From the NCBI RefSeq assembly GCF_006345805.1, contig NW_021833295.1:12299-76298 (forward strand): a DNA stretch of 64,000 bases. Direction: 5' to 3'. The translations under genes and the position numbers were made by a program. The notes below the pieces were generated by a model. The model was not told where the DNA came from and did no database searches. It saw only the letters and a list, made by a program, of their open reading frames with translations. This stretch comes from Octopus sinensis (lineage: Eukaryota). Positions 50,032 through 62,054 of this stretch are shown piece after piece (within the stretch, counting starts at the first letter, position 1; every line of letters begins with the position of its first letter).

Positions 50032-50905
50032 AATTAACATTTTATTTATAATAATTACATTATTTTTATGCGCCTTGTTTCATTTCTCTTGTCTTTTGTC
50101 TTCACTAGCCTGTCTGTAAAGAGAGAATGGAGTAACTAATTAATGATTCCTACAATCTACTTTTGCTGATTCTTGCTGATATCATTTTACGTCATACATG
50201 TTTTATTAGTCGAATCAAAAAGGACGTGGTGGATCTTTGTGAAAATATGAATTGATAGAGAATTTATAATATAGAATACACAATCTGAGTGAGTCAGTTA
50301 TGATGAGACGAACAGGCATAATTGGATATCACAATTAGTTTTACCTGACAAATCAACTCTTGATTAAAATGTCGTTATTTCTGGTTTTTGTGTTGTGAAG
50401 GTGCTAATCTTTTGTGTATTTTAACGTTTTCTATTATTTATATTCAGTCCTAAACTATCCAACGGCACCTCTAATATGATCCCTTGTCTAACGTATGGTG
50501 ACGATATTCAAAATATGAAAGAAATGTTTCTCTTCTGGAAGTTTTTTGCATTCATGAAACAATTAAACTTACATGTTTTGTCTTGTAATGAAAACATGGC
50601 TTTCTAATTATGTGAAGTAATCTCAATAGCAGTATAATCGATTGATGACATACTCTGAGCAATAAAGGAGAAATGATTGGCCTTAAACCAAACAACCAAA
50701 GTCACAAAATAAACACATTAATTATATTTCAGAATATAACAATGTGATGAACGAACGGTGGATATAACAGAACGAGAAATATAATGTATATTAATAAACA
50801 AAATGAATAAAATGTATATAACAAACATGTTATCGAGTATTTAAATATATATTTGATAGCCAACCCATCTGCACTTTCTAAGCGTTGCCAATCGCCCATT
50901 CAAAC

Positions 50906-51395
50906 ATGTCTAGTTCTGAAGATAACAACAATGAAGAATCCGAATCTGATTCATACGAGTCTCTCGAGTTCGAAAGGTTAGCAAATCTGAGGTCGCACAT
51001 GTAGTGACGACTCGAGCGATGATTCAGACGAATGGGACCCTTTCGATGGCTTTGACGAAGAAACAGAAAAGCTTTCGGATTCGAATGAGACTGAGCTTAT
51101 ACTAAGTTCAATTGACTATATTTCCATCGATATTGAGCAGGATAAGGATGGAGTTTGCAAATCCTGTCGTTGTCTATTTAACCAACAACTGAAAATTCCC
51201 CTCTTTTTGTTCGAATGTCTGCACACACTCTGCAGAAGGTGCATAATTAAGCAACTCAGTGTGACCGGGTGGACAGTTCAATGTCCTTTGTGCTTCAAGA
51301 AAACTGAATTGCCACTTCGCGATCGGTTTTCTGTGCTTGAAATAGATTTACATTCTCTTCAAATTGCTATTTCCAAAAATGAAACAAGCCATTAA
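50906..51395 (+). CDS. Acidic N-terminus + C3HC4 RING finger protein
   Basis: One 28-nt intron; CKSC..ECLHTLCRRC..CPLC, then TELP..V; resembles small RNF182/183-type RINGs. Confidence 0.8.
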
Positions 51396-51839
51396 TTTTA
51401 TCTAAGAATTTTATCAGATGCTTATTTGATATGCTTTTTATATTTAATAAATTTTACACTATCAAACTTTTTTGGCATAAAAAGAGAGTTCAGAATAGTG
51501 TCTCAAGCAGGCACCCACGGCTTAAAGGATATAAACGTACATTCTTTGATTAAATATTTTCGGTAGATCTCACTGAGAATCGAATTGGGAAGATACTTGG
51601 ATTGTCTAAAGACCTTATTATTTTTATGATTTTAAGGATTTGGTCAAAATAATCCCAAATAACTTTTTGGGTGGTCAAACTTTTTGAAAAATTAATGATT
51701 GTAAATCAAGAAATGAACAAATGTTATTTTAAGAATAAAGAAAACCACAAATAACTAATCAAAGATTTGATTTTATAAAAGTTTTCCGCTTTATTACTAA
51801 AATCTATCATTTAAGATAGTTATTTCCCTTGTGCCACCA

Positions 51840-52286
51840 TCTCCTAAATACGTTTTGTTGATCGCTTCCAGTTCCCTCTGTTCCTTGATATTTTCCTCGG
51901 GAGCCCAGGATCGTGTCAGCCTTTTCAATCAGAGTCAGGTCTTATGTAGAATGGTTAGAAGCGTAATCCGTAATCTTCTCTGGAAAGTCGAGCTCAAATG
52001 AGGAGCGTAGTGGAGGTGTTTAATTGCAAGATTAGCAGTAGTATTCTTGTCCATTCTTAAGATGTTTCCAAATAAACCCCATCTGTTACTTCACATTTTT
52101 TCCATTCAGAGGGTGTATATTGTAATGGGAGTAGAGGTATTTGCTTGAGATGTGCTTTGGCTGGGAGATTTTTTGGATTTATTTGAGCTAGGTTCTGTAG
52201 AAGGAGTTAAAACTTATCATTGCATGCATTGTAACTGTTCAGGTAGAGGAGTTGTACAGTAAGAGTGGCTTTACGAACATATTGTA
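51840..52286 (-). pseudogene. RTE-like LINE RT C-terminal relic, interrupted by Tc1
   Basis: YNMFVKPLLLYNSST, RWGLFGNILRMDKNTTAN; cut at a TA by the Tc1 terminus. Confidence 0.7.
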
Positions 52287-52880
52287 CAGTCTCGGCCAAA
52301 TGTTAGAGGCACCCTATTTTTTAACTAAAAATCCATATTTGTGGCAAAATTTCGAAAAGTCTAAAAGAGTAAAATAATTTTTTGTCTAAGATCGACCAGT
52401 TTGCAACAATTATAAGGACGGAATATTTCTGGCAATTTAGAAAATGGAAAAACAATCCTCCCATATGTTAGAGGCAGCTTTTTAAAAAACGCAAAAATCA
52501 AATTTAATTTTACTGAATAAGTCAATGTTTCGTAGTCCTTACTACTGAAAAAATTCTTTCTAAAATGGATTCAGAAAGTCTTACAACCACATCATTTTCG
52601 ATGTTATTTTTTGTCTCACTCCATAATTCCTGAATTAAGGACGCATTTACAATTCTCTTTAAAATCGACTATAGATTTTCGATTATGTTCAAGTCCGGAA
52701 ACTGACTCGGCCAATTTTCCAAGAGATTTATATTATTTTTAGTGAGGTACCCTTTCGTTGACCTGAATGTATGACAGGTCGCTCCGTCTTGCTGAAGAAG
52801 ATACTCTTTCTCGTACAAATTATCAAGTCATTCACTTAAAATTCGTTGATATTCGAGCGACATAAAATCATTGCCTTTTC
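52287..52880 (-). mobile_element. Tc1 transposon right arm with transposase C-terminus
   Basis: TA|CAGTCTCGGCCAAATGTTAGAGGCA terminus; the ATGTTAGAGGCA direct repeat recurs at 52465 (IR-DR); LQQDGATCHT..WPSQFPDLNIIENL. Confidence 0.82.
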
Positions 52881-52899
52881 TTCATTACTTTATTGTTTT

Positions 52900-54790
52900 T
52901 ATTTTATTTAAATTAAAAATGCATAAATATAATGTTTAATAAAAAATTAATTATGTAAATTCTATCTTAAATTATTTAAGAATCCAGATCGTCAGTGATT
53001 TCTCTTCTTCGCTTGGAAGAAGAGTTTGCAACAAAATTCTCATCATTTTTCATTTCTGCGTCAAAGTAATTGTTCAACTGAGTGTCCTCACGACATGCCA
53101 GCTCCGCAAGTTGATTGGCGGCAGAGGCGTACTCCTCGTTGTCTACCTTCATCCCATGTCTGTGTTCAATAAACATACTCTCTAGAGTCCTCTTCAGCAC
53201 AACCGACTGGATGTATGTCCTCGTTCCTTCTTCAATGGATAATTTGTCCATATGACTTTTAAAGAACTTTGAGACAACTCCATCCCATGTCAAGACAATT
53301 GGAATAATCTTCACTTTTGCTTCATAGAGAACCGACAGTTCGTTTGCAAGCAGGTCATATTTGTGAAATTTCTCCACTTCAACTTGCTTTAAACGGTCTT
53401 GCGAGGTAACTCCCACTTCGATTAAATGAATTTCTCTTTTCCTCTTGTCATAAACGAAGATATCAGGTTTATTGAATTGAACCTTTGTTTCAGTCATAAT
53501 TGAAGTGTCAACTCTAATTTCGACATTTTGGGTCGACATTGTTGACACGACTGAATGTCCTTTCAATTTCCTGCTTCGTTTTATTCCATACATTCGACAC
53601 AAGTGGAGATGAATACACTTTACCACTTCGTTGTGTCTTCGGAGATAATCACTGTTTAGCATCCTACCACACCGCGTGGCTAGATGGTCAACAGTCTGCC
53701 TGCTTTTTTTGCAGTGGACGCATAGTGATCCCGTGTATGCAAAGAACAAATTCCTATCTTGCAAAAGACAGTACAATGCTTCGCTTCGTGGACCATTGTT
53801 CCCTTTCGATAGCCATTGCGAAGAAGTAGATATGTCGACATCTGATTCCTCCATACATTTGAACATCACCGAGTGTAGTGATTTACTGTTAATTCGGTTA
53901 AGCAAGAGTTTCCTTTGTGCGTCCTTCAGTAACTCAATGGTCAGATTTTCCCTGCCGACAGCTGCATATTTGGAGACAAGAAATTCTGCGATTGTGGCTA
54001 AGTGCCATTTTTTTCCTTTTATTACTCGCAGAATACCCGACCTCCGCAGACAGGTAGTCGACTGTTTTTCCAAACTTTTAAGAAACTGGAAGAGCATTAA
54101 TTCGCTTTTGAATGAAATTGAGGCAAGTCCTCTTCCAAGGTCTTGCGGTCCAAATACAACCTCTCCTTATTTGCAGGCTGGAGGTGTAACTTGAGAGTCG
54201 TAAGTAATCGGCGTATTTGTTGGTCAATCTCATCAAATTCGTAAGGTTCAATATTGATTAGCCCAATATAATAATTATATAGGGATAATGCATATTCATT
54301 GATTCCACGAAACAAATTTACAGCATTCAGGTTTGTTTTTGACAACATAGTTATCCTCTTCTTGACATTTTCCAATATGGAGTCCATAACTTTATTCTTG
54401 AGAACATTACTTCCGCCATCTTCAAGTACACCCAAGTAGCGATATCCGTTGATTCCATCGACAGTCTCACAGCATGATAAAGATTCCACATTAGATGCTG
54501 ATTTTTCGGAATTCATCTCTAGGCCGACACTTTCAAAAAATCCATTAACAGCCTCCATCATTTTGACTAACACATCTTCTTTGAGGGCAACTATTTTCAG
54601 ATCGTCAATAAAGAAGAAATGATTGGTGGAGTATGTCAACATATTGGGATCTTCCCGACTAATTTCGAGTTTGGGAAACATGGAGTTAAGCATCCTGCTT
54701 AGGGGATCCATCGCCATAACGAATAGCAGCGGGGACAATGAATCTCCTTGAGTATTCCCCGGCTTAACTTTACTTTCCCAATTCTTTTCC
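52900..54790 (-). mobile_element. R4/Dong-like non-LTR retrotransposon, 5'-truncated (partial RT + zinc knuckle + RLE)
   Basis: QGDSLSPLLF, FFIDDLK, YRYLG, RLYL, LQDRNLFF, CVHC..VDHLATRC, RRHNEVV and KPDIFVYD..IEVG; a single frameshift near 54135 joins the two ORFs. Confidence 0.93.
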
Positions 54791-55879
54791 CATCGATATG
54801 TAAGTTTGCTGTCCACTTAAACCAGAATTATTATAAAAATCTTCTCATGATTATAAGCTAAACAATCTTGACCCTAAAATTATTTTATTTGAAGGTCTTA
54901 AATTTCTTTGGATGTTTTGTGAACTGTCCCAATTGTGTGATTAGCCAATAATTTTATGTTGTTTACGAGTTTATTCCATAAAGTTCCAACATGTAAGTTC
55001 TAGCAGGAGATTAATCGGCTTGTGATATTTTGGCGAAATAGTTAGTTCTGTAAATATGATTGTTTCTTAAAAGACTACGTATCTAACTTTTGTGTGTCTT
55101 TTTTTGACTTTATTAATCCAAAATCTCTTGTTTAAAAGATGTTTAATTACCAATACTTTATCTTCACTCGATGTTAACGTTTCTCCATGTCTTCGGGCAT
55201 CTGAGAATCGGACTTTCTTTACTAACGTTGTTTTACGATGTGTTTAATAATAAGAATCATTTAGAAGATTAAGGATTAGTACTTGGAATATTAAGTGGCC
55301 ATAAACACACATTCAATTAAAATAAACAAGAACGGTTGTGTATTTGTAAACATTTACAATTCAGAAAGAATATTCTTGTTTCCCATCAGATTATGTTAGA
55401 GAAGACGGCAAGTTTAATTATACATTCAGATGATTTTTAAAACCTGTTTAATGAAATGATATACCCCAAAATATCATTCCAATGAGGTCTATAATTGTTA
55501 TTTCCACTTTTGACTGCAAGGACCTGGCAGCATCATTAAACACTTGAATCCAAATATTTGTCCTCAGCCAAAAAATAAGCCCAGTATAGCACGCATTTCA
55601 AAGTGACTTACCATACAAGAGAGACAATATTGATAATCGAGTCAGACTAGTTTTGATATTTTTGGAGAGTCCCCGGCTTGGAAGGTTTTTAATTCGCCAT
55701 AGTTCACGGGAATGGAAAAAGAATATTAATTTCTTAACTAATAGTAGATTCGAATATTAATATTAAAAATTTTGAAAATTTATATAAAATAAGCTTAAAT
55801 AAAATAATTGGATATAATTCCGAACCTTGTGTTGTGCAGCTTTGTGGTTACTAAATTTATAAATTTAACTGCTTAGATA

Positions 55880-56764
55880 ATGGATTTAGTGAGATTCCTT
55901 GCTCATACTTTCTGTTGTCCACCATTCCCATCCCGTATAGCAGCCAAAATAGCATTTCACCCACCAACACCCCCATCCTACAAAGTTAAACAAACGCAAG
56001 AAAAAGGAATTGAATGCATCTTCAACGAGGAAATGTGCAAAATCGAGCCGGACGAACTAGCATACACTCAAATGAAGATTTGGAACACTTCCTTGGGCAA
56101 CCGAATCACCGTTATGCACATTTCTCCATTCAGAAGACCCCGCTGCACTCTCCTTTGTAGTCACGGAAATGCCGGGGACCTCGGTCTGCTGTATGAGTGC
56201 TACCTCATGCTTGCACGACGTCTCCACTGTAACGTGGTTTGCTACGACTACTCGGGCTATGGGGGAAGTTCAGGTCGTCCTTCCGAAGCCGACTTGTATG
56301 CGGACGTCGAGGCGGCTTGGGACTGTACTTTGAACGGATTCTTTGTGCCTATGGAGAGAATTGTGCTCTACGGACACAGTATAGGCACAGTCGCCTCCCT
56401 TTACTTGGCCTGTCTTGTTCAGACGCGTGGTCTTATTTTGGTTGCTCCTTTGGCCTCGGGATTGCATTTTTTGTTTGCTCCCAGGAAGATGAAGCGTTTT
56501 GGCGTGTTTTTTAATAAGTATTATATTCTTGGCATTTGCAGTCTTGGTAGGATCAGCAAGGTCAAATGTCCGACGCTCATCGTCCATGGAGAGGCCGATA
56601 CTATTGTCCATGTTGAACACAGTCGTCTGCTCGCTGCGAAGGCTCGTTCTGATATTACGGATGTATTTTTTATTCCACATGTTGGTCACAATGACATTGA
56701 GTTAATGCCCGACTTTTTTAAATATCTCAAGAATTTTCTTAATAAAGTTGCTCCGTTTGACTAA
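55880..56764 (+). CDS. ABHD17: Depalmitoylase ABHD17 (contains a hidden 24-nt intron)
   Basis: FCCPPFPSRIAAKIAF, SHGNAGDLG, YDYSGYG, GHSIG (Ser), HGEADT (Asp) and GHNDIE (His); removing 56518-56541 restores alignment. Confidence 0.95.
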   Translation: MDLVRFLAHTFCCPPFPSRIAAKIAFHPPTPPSYKVKQTQEKGIECIFNEEMCKIEPDELAYTQMKIWNTSLGNRITVMHISPFRRPRCTLLCSHGNAGDLGLLYECYLMLARRLHCNVVCYDYSGYGGSSGRPSEADLYADVEAAWDCTLNGFFVPMERIVLYGHSIGTVASLYLACLVQTRGLILVAPLASGLHFLFAPRKMKRFGVFFNKYYILGICSLGRISKVKCPTLIVHGEADTIVHVEHSRLLAAKARSDITDVFFIPHVGHNDIELMPDFFKYLKNFLNKVAPFD

Positions 56765-58349
56765 TCTACTTTTATGTTGTGTTTCATTCATTTCTTTAAG
56801 TAGACTATTTTCCATTATAGATATCGAGGTACTTTCATTTACATCATTCTCATTTTTGTCTGGTTTTCATGGGTTTCAATTACTGTTTTTAATTAATTAA
56901 TATAATCAACGCACACTGCGTCCTTGCCGCTGGGACTTAACGTTTTTCGTTGTCTTTTAATCAAAAAAAATTAATATAATCTGTGATGAAATTTAAAGAT
57001 TAGATAAGGTTTGATAAAAAAGTATTTCGAAGTTTGTTTTTAGCAATAATAATCAACTACATATATTTTAAACGCCTGCTGACCAAAAAATAAAATCTAT
57101 TTTATTTACTGTAAACACATGGCCACACAATCACGGAGTCTCCTTAAAGCTGAGTTTTCTGCCGGCACTGGTCCGCAACTTACTGAACAAAAAACAGGTT
57201 CCAATCACTACAACTCTGCAGAGATTACCGTGAACCATCAATCATTTATAAAAAATGCTAGCATTGATTACAAAAAGATATGCCTATCTGCACTCAATCC
57301 CCTCTTTAGTTTCTAAGGAATGCCGGGATCTACTGATGTCGTCCAATTGAAGTTGAGAGTCCTTTGCCCACTTTTAAGGTTCACTTTATTGTCCTCGTCA
57401 AGTTTTTTCTTTATTTTCAAAGCACTGATCTGCTGACAGTCATCTCTATCAATCCACCCATTTCAATACTTTACCCAAATACGTTCTAAGGGAATGGTTC
57501 TCGAACTTTTTTGTCTCGCGTACCACCTTTATTTTATTCTTGGCGTTTGTAGTCTTGCTAGGATTGACGTTTAAATAATTTTTTGCGTACCCCTTATAGA
57601 TTTTAAAAATTAAAGAAACAAATTCTTCAATTAATGAAATTTTGTTTATCAATGACTAATCTTTTTATTTTTGGATTCTTTGATTTCACGCAAAATTATA
57701 ATCCTTAACATTTTTCTTGCCCAATGAACTGATTTTAAATTTAACAATGACGAAAATCTTTTTTGGAAGAGATATGTTGTTGAAAAAAATAAGAAAAATC
57801 GATTATATATAATCTAATGTTTTGATATTATTTTACACCTAAGTGTAAAATTAAAATTTTTTGTATTATCTATCCACAATTGGAGCTTCATAAAGAAAGG
57901 CTTAAATATTTACACTATTTCCTAAAAAACTTGTATTTTCTAAAAAATCAACAATTCTAATTCTCTTTGTTTGTACCGATAAATTCAGAACATTAATTCG
58001 CAAAAAAATGTCTCTTAAATAAGATAGCATTATATCCTAATACTTATTTGATCACATTGATGAATATAAATGTTTGTTTTTGCTAAGAAAATATTCATAA
58101 ATATCATTCTTCAAATTCCGGACTCTCAAAAAAACACCTCCTTTGGATAACCACCGGACTTTTGTGTAATATACTAAAACCTCCTCATCTGAACTAAATT
58201 CTTCACAAATTAAATAAAAAATTCGTGAATTCAAAAGACTTTTGATATGATTAACAATTTTGCATTTGCGACTCGGTAAGAAATCATGTAATTATTATCC
58301 AATTCACGCGAAATCAAAAGGTTAGTTAAGATTTCACTTTTGCTACGCG

Positions 58350-59095
58350 ACTCAGAATACGTTATGATAGTCGTTTCCATCCTCCCCTATTTCGTGCAAG
58401 ATCTCTCAGGTCGTCCAGGTCATCTATCGATTTCAGTTTTCTTCCAATTGTTTTGAGTTCATGGTCCAGCGTGGTCGTTAATATTGTTATTTGTCGGCCC
58501 AATATGTTGTATTGTTTGATAAGCAGAAGTAAGATTCCATGGCCTGGTTAGCCGGAGTAATTTGCGATGTTCTTAAGATATGTCCAAAGAACTGCTATTT
58601 CATGGCCATCGCTTAATTTGCGATTTGAATGTATAAGTAATTCTGTATAGTTCTTTGCTCATTTTATTCGGCCATCCTAGGAATTGTCTTAATTGTCGTC
58701 TGTATAACGAGTTGAAATGCACCATTTCTTTAGCGGATAGACCAGATTCCCGCGTTGTAAAGTAGGATTGGTTCAACGAAGAAATTGTAAAGTCAAATAT
58801 GAAGGCGTGTTCCTATGTACTCGCGTCTCATCCAGATCGTCCACATTTTTTAAAAGAAGCAACAGCCAATACTTTCCTTCAAATAATGTCCTTCGAATCC
58901 CCAAGGAGAGATCCAACTTTCTTGCAAGTTCTCCACTTCCCGTTTCTCGTCGCGAGGCGGGATATAATTGTTTTCTCTTTTTTATCCGGGTTTACAGCCA
59001 AAAACCATTCAGCGAATGAGGAATCACACTTAGTAAATTTTAAAGTGAATTGTGGACTCGACAGACGTAAATTGCTTCATGTAAGATATTTTTAA
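58350..59095 (-). pseudogene. RTE-like LINE RT 3' fragment nested in Buster
   Basis: Frameshifted LQRGNLV/FNSLYRRQLRQFLGWPNKMSKELY/VLWTYLKN segment, typical of the LINE RT C-terminus. Confidence 0.65.
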
Positions 59096-59402
59096 TAATA
59101 CAAAATTAATTTCAAAATTGAATGAATCATTTTTAATAATAAAAATTATTTGCTGAATATTTTCCATTTTGTTTTTGAAAAATCATTTGATAATTTTAAA
59201 ATGATTCGAAACTTTATGCCGACAAAGTAATGAAGGCTTCGTGAATTCAAGAAATAGAATCTTGTGACAAATAAGACACTGCGGATTTTCACTCCGTTTT
59301 TAATCACGAAGTAAAATCGATAGTTGAAATAATAATTGTTTTATTTTCGAATCTCCTTAACCCGTAAATTCATAAGAAAAACTAATAGCGTGGAGATATA
59401 TT

Positions 59403-60095
59403 TTGTTAATAATTATCTATTTATTAACAACACTCTCCTATGCCGATGACATAGTTGTCGCATCTAGGGATGTAAATGTCGAATACGCGAAGGAAAGACT
59501 ACAAAGAATACTGGACGACTTATATGGATGGCTATATGAAAACAGACTACATGCATGTTCCGAAAAGTCAGCAGTCACTCTATTCACGAAAAATAGGAAG
59601 ATGGGGACGAAAACTATTGATGTCATGTTGAACGGAATTCCAATACCACAAAAGAAAACACAGAAGATATTGGGAGTAACGTTTGATACTTTCCTCTGTT
59701 TTTCACCTCACGTATCAACCTGTATAAAGAAGATCAATTTTGTAAAAGCCTTCCTTTGGAACTGTGGGAGAACTTATCCGCCAGGGGTAAAGACCCTTTA
59801 CAAGCATTATATCGAGCCAACAATAGGCTATGCATGTGCTGCTTGGGGCTGTAACCTGGCGGCAACGAACCGGCTAAAAATTGAAAAAATTCAAGAAAGA
59901 TCTATCAACCTACTGAAGGACCATACCGATAGGGAAATTGTCCATAGAACACTGGAGTCTCTCGTAGAGGCAAATGGGGGGGATCGTGGAAATGGACCAC
60001 AAACCATTCACCGTACATACAGAAAGTGTGTGGGGTCACGGTCGGAACATCGTGAAAAGATGGCTCGACTGTTGAGAAGTGTCGGAATCACCTGA
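59403..60095 (+). pseudogene. Jockey/I-type LINE RT C-terminal fragment nested in Buster
   Basis: SYADDIV, LQRILDDLYGW..SEKS, KILGVTFD..FSPHV and YKHYIEPTIGYACAAW. Confidence 0.85.
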
Positions 60096-60559
60096 ACACG
60101 TTAGTTAATGGTTAAGACGGTGATTTTGTTTGGCTTAAATAATAATAATAATTTAATTTGATTAGAATTTTTATTACAATTATAATTGAATATTTTTTAT
60201 TTTGAAGTGGAAGTCAATAGATTTGAAAATTTTTTCACATACACCCTACTGAATCCCTCATACCACCCCAGTTTGAAAACCGATGTTTTAGGGTCTCCTA
60301 ATTATAGTTCTTTAAATATACGCCTTGATTGAGTCATCTATTTTGGGGGTATTTTGGTGATGCTTGTAACAATTTGCCATACTATTCTAAATTATTACCA
60401 AGGATAATACGCTTACTTTAGCAACGTGAATCGATGCTAATTCGCTGGCCAGAAGTTGACCACATTTTGTAGCCTAATGATCAATGTTTTTGTAGAAGTG
60501 CCAAAGTGCGCTTTGCCTTGGACGTGTTAAAGGATAGGATGAGATTATGAACAAAAAAA

Positions 60560-61254
60560 GGTACTTTTGTCGAAGTGGTCGCAGTTTTTTTGAAGATAAT
60601 TAAAATTAATTAATTTTTTTAGTGAAAAATAGATTATTTAATTATAACCCTCTATCAATAATTTAAATGGTTATTAAAATTATTTAAAAATTTATTTAAC
60701 CAATTTAGTCATTTTTAGTACGCGGCATCCAAATTCCAGGACTGTAGAAGGAATTTATGTCTTTTACAATCTGTGCAAAAGATTCCTTATAGTTCTGTAT
60801 TTGTTTTCGCCACATAAATTCTGAAAAAATAACTAACTAAAAAAACCGGTACTTTTGTCGAAGTGGTCGCAGTTTTTTTAGGCCTTTTAAAAAATCTAAT
60901 AATTTTTGAGGTGGAATATATTATATTTTATTTAAGTCGCTCTATCAATAATTTAAAATATTATTAAATTTTTTACTAATTTATTTTCTAATTTTGTTTA
61001 ATATTATGGCGAGCATGTACCTAATATTGATATAAACTGGCACTATAGGTCACATGGAAAATTCTGTTGTGGACTTATGCAACATCAAATTCCGACAGCT
61101 CCCAATAAGTAAGGAGGATGCAGTGCATTTTCTGTTAATACTATTTTAAATTATTGATAGAGCGACTTAAATAAAATATAATATATTCCACCTCAAAAAT
61201 TATTAGATTTTTTAAAAGGCCTAAAAAAACTGCGACCACTTCGACAAAAGTACC
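60560..61254 (-). mobile_element. Merlin (IS1016/IS1595-related) transposon derivative with three termini
   Basis: GGTACTTTTGTCGAAGTGGTCGCAG termini at 60560, 60848 and (inverted) 61254; outer flanks caaaaaaa / caaaaaat (8-bp TSD, 7/8); C-terminal EFMWRKQ..FAQIVKDINSFY on the minus strand at about 60710-60825. Confidence 0.85.
60848..61254. repeat. Perfect 113-bp inverted repeat (60848-60960 / 61142-61254), 181-bp spacer
   Basis: Base-by-base comparison showed no mismatch. Confidence 0.95.
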
Positions 61255-62054
61255 CAAAAAATATCATTCCATCACCTTGAGGAAAATTATTTTCATGTAT
61301 AAGCCACCAGGTAGAACCTGGAAGTTCCGAGTTCGTATTCATGAGACAATTAAAATGCATTGAATCCAGAAACTTTTTTTCAATTTTTTCAATTAAATTT
61401 TTTTGTCGGCTTTGGACAGATTGATTAAATTTAATTTGATATTCATAAGATTAGCAATAATCTAAAGCAATCGGCTGATTTTATCATTAATAGTTAGTCT
61501 GTTGACCTTCTATTTTGTAATTAAGTTCTTAATGAAATTCACAATCAATAATGACAGCCTAAAAATTATGCACAAGAAAATATGGTCTACTGAATCAGAG
61601 ATTTTCTTTACATTTATTCACGTCGTTTTAATGCTAATTAATCGTCTGTTCTCTGGCTCCCTGACACATTCTTATAGTGCTTAATTAGCAATTACTGACT
61701 AACGGGTATTCCCCAATATAGTCTGACATTTTTATAGACTTTGTAACAAGTTTGCATAAATTAATACAAGTAATTGACTTGCGGTTATTTAGTGAATGCC
61801 AAGTTTTATTTTTCTGCGTGAATAAACCTTAATTCGAAAGTCAAGAAATCAGTAGTGGAAATTAATAAAGTATTAAATAATTTATTCAAAGAGGATTAGA
61901 TTAATATTTTCTGACAGCTAAATATTCTGTTGTCAAATTTAAATACAGATTATGCATTTAATTAAATGCTGGTATAAATACAACGAATATTAGACAACAT
62001 CAAACGTTTTTAAACCAATAATAAATTAATAGTTAATCAGAAACTAAGCAGATC

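Larger units (their letters stand above)
57492..60285 (-). mobile_element. hAT Buster/Charlie element, deleted and carrying two nested LINE fragments
   Basis: Termini CATCGGTTTTCAAACT (60285) and GAATGGTTCTCGAACT (57492), flanked by ttctaagg / ttttaggg (6/8, both nnnTAnnn). Transposase pieces: ENPQCLICHKIL..KPSLLCRH (about 59230-59300) and LNSRIF..TKVRWLSKG (58052-58234). Confidence 0.78.

Noticed and set aside
55880-56764. ABHD17 as an intronless retrocopy
   Set aside because: The apparent insertion KYYILGICS is a stop-free 24-nt GT-AG intron (56518-56541).
57119-57316. 65-aa ORF with a candidate 24-nt intron
   Set aside because: No recognisable domain and no consistent downstream exon; unresolved.
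57449-57652. Possible tail-anchored/SNARE-like or orphan ORF around 57450-57580
   Set aside because: The hydrophobic stretch overlaps the Buster terminal inverted repeat and AT-rich subterminal DNA.
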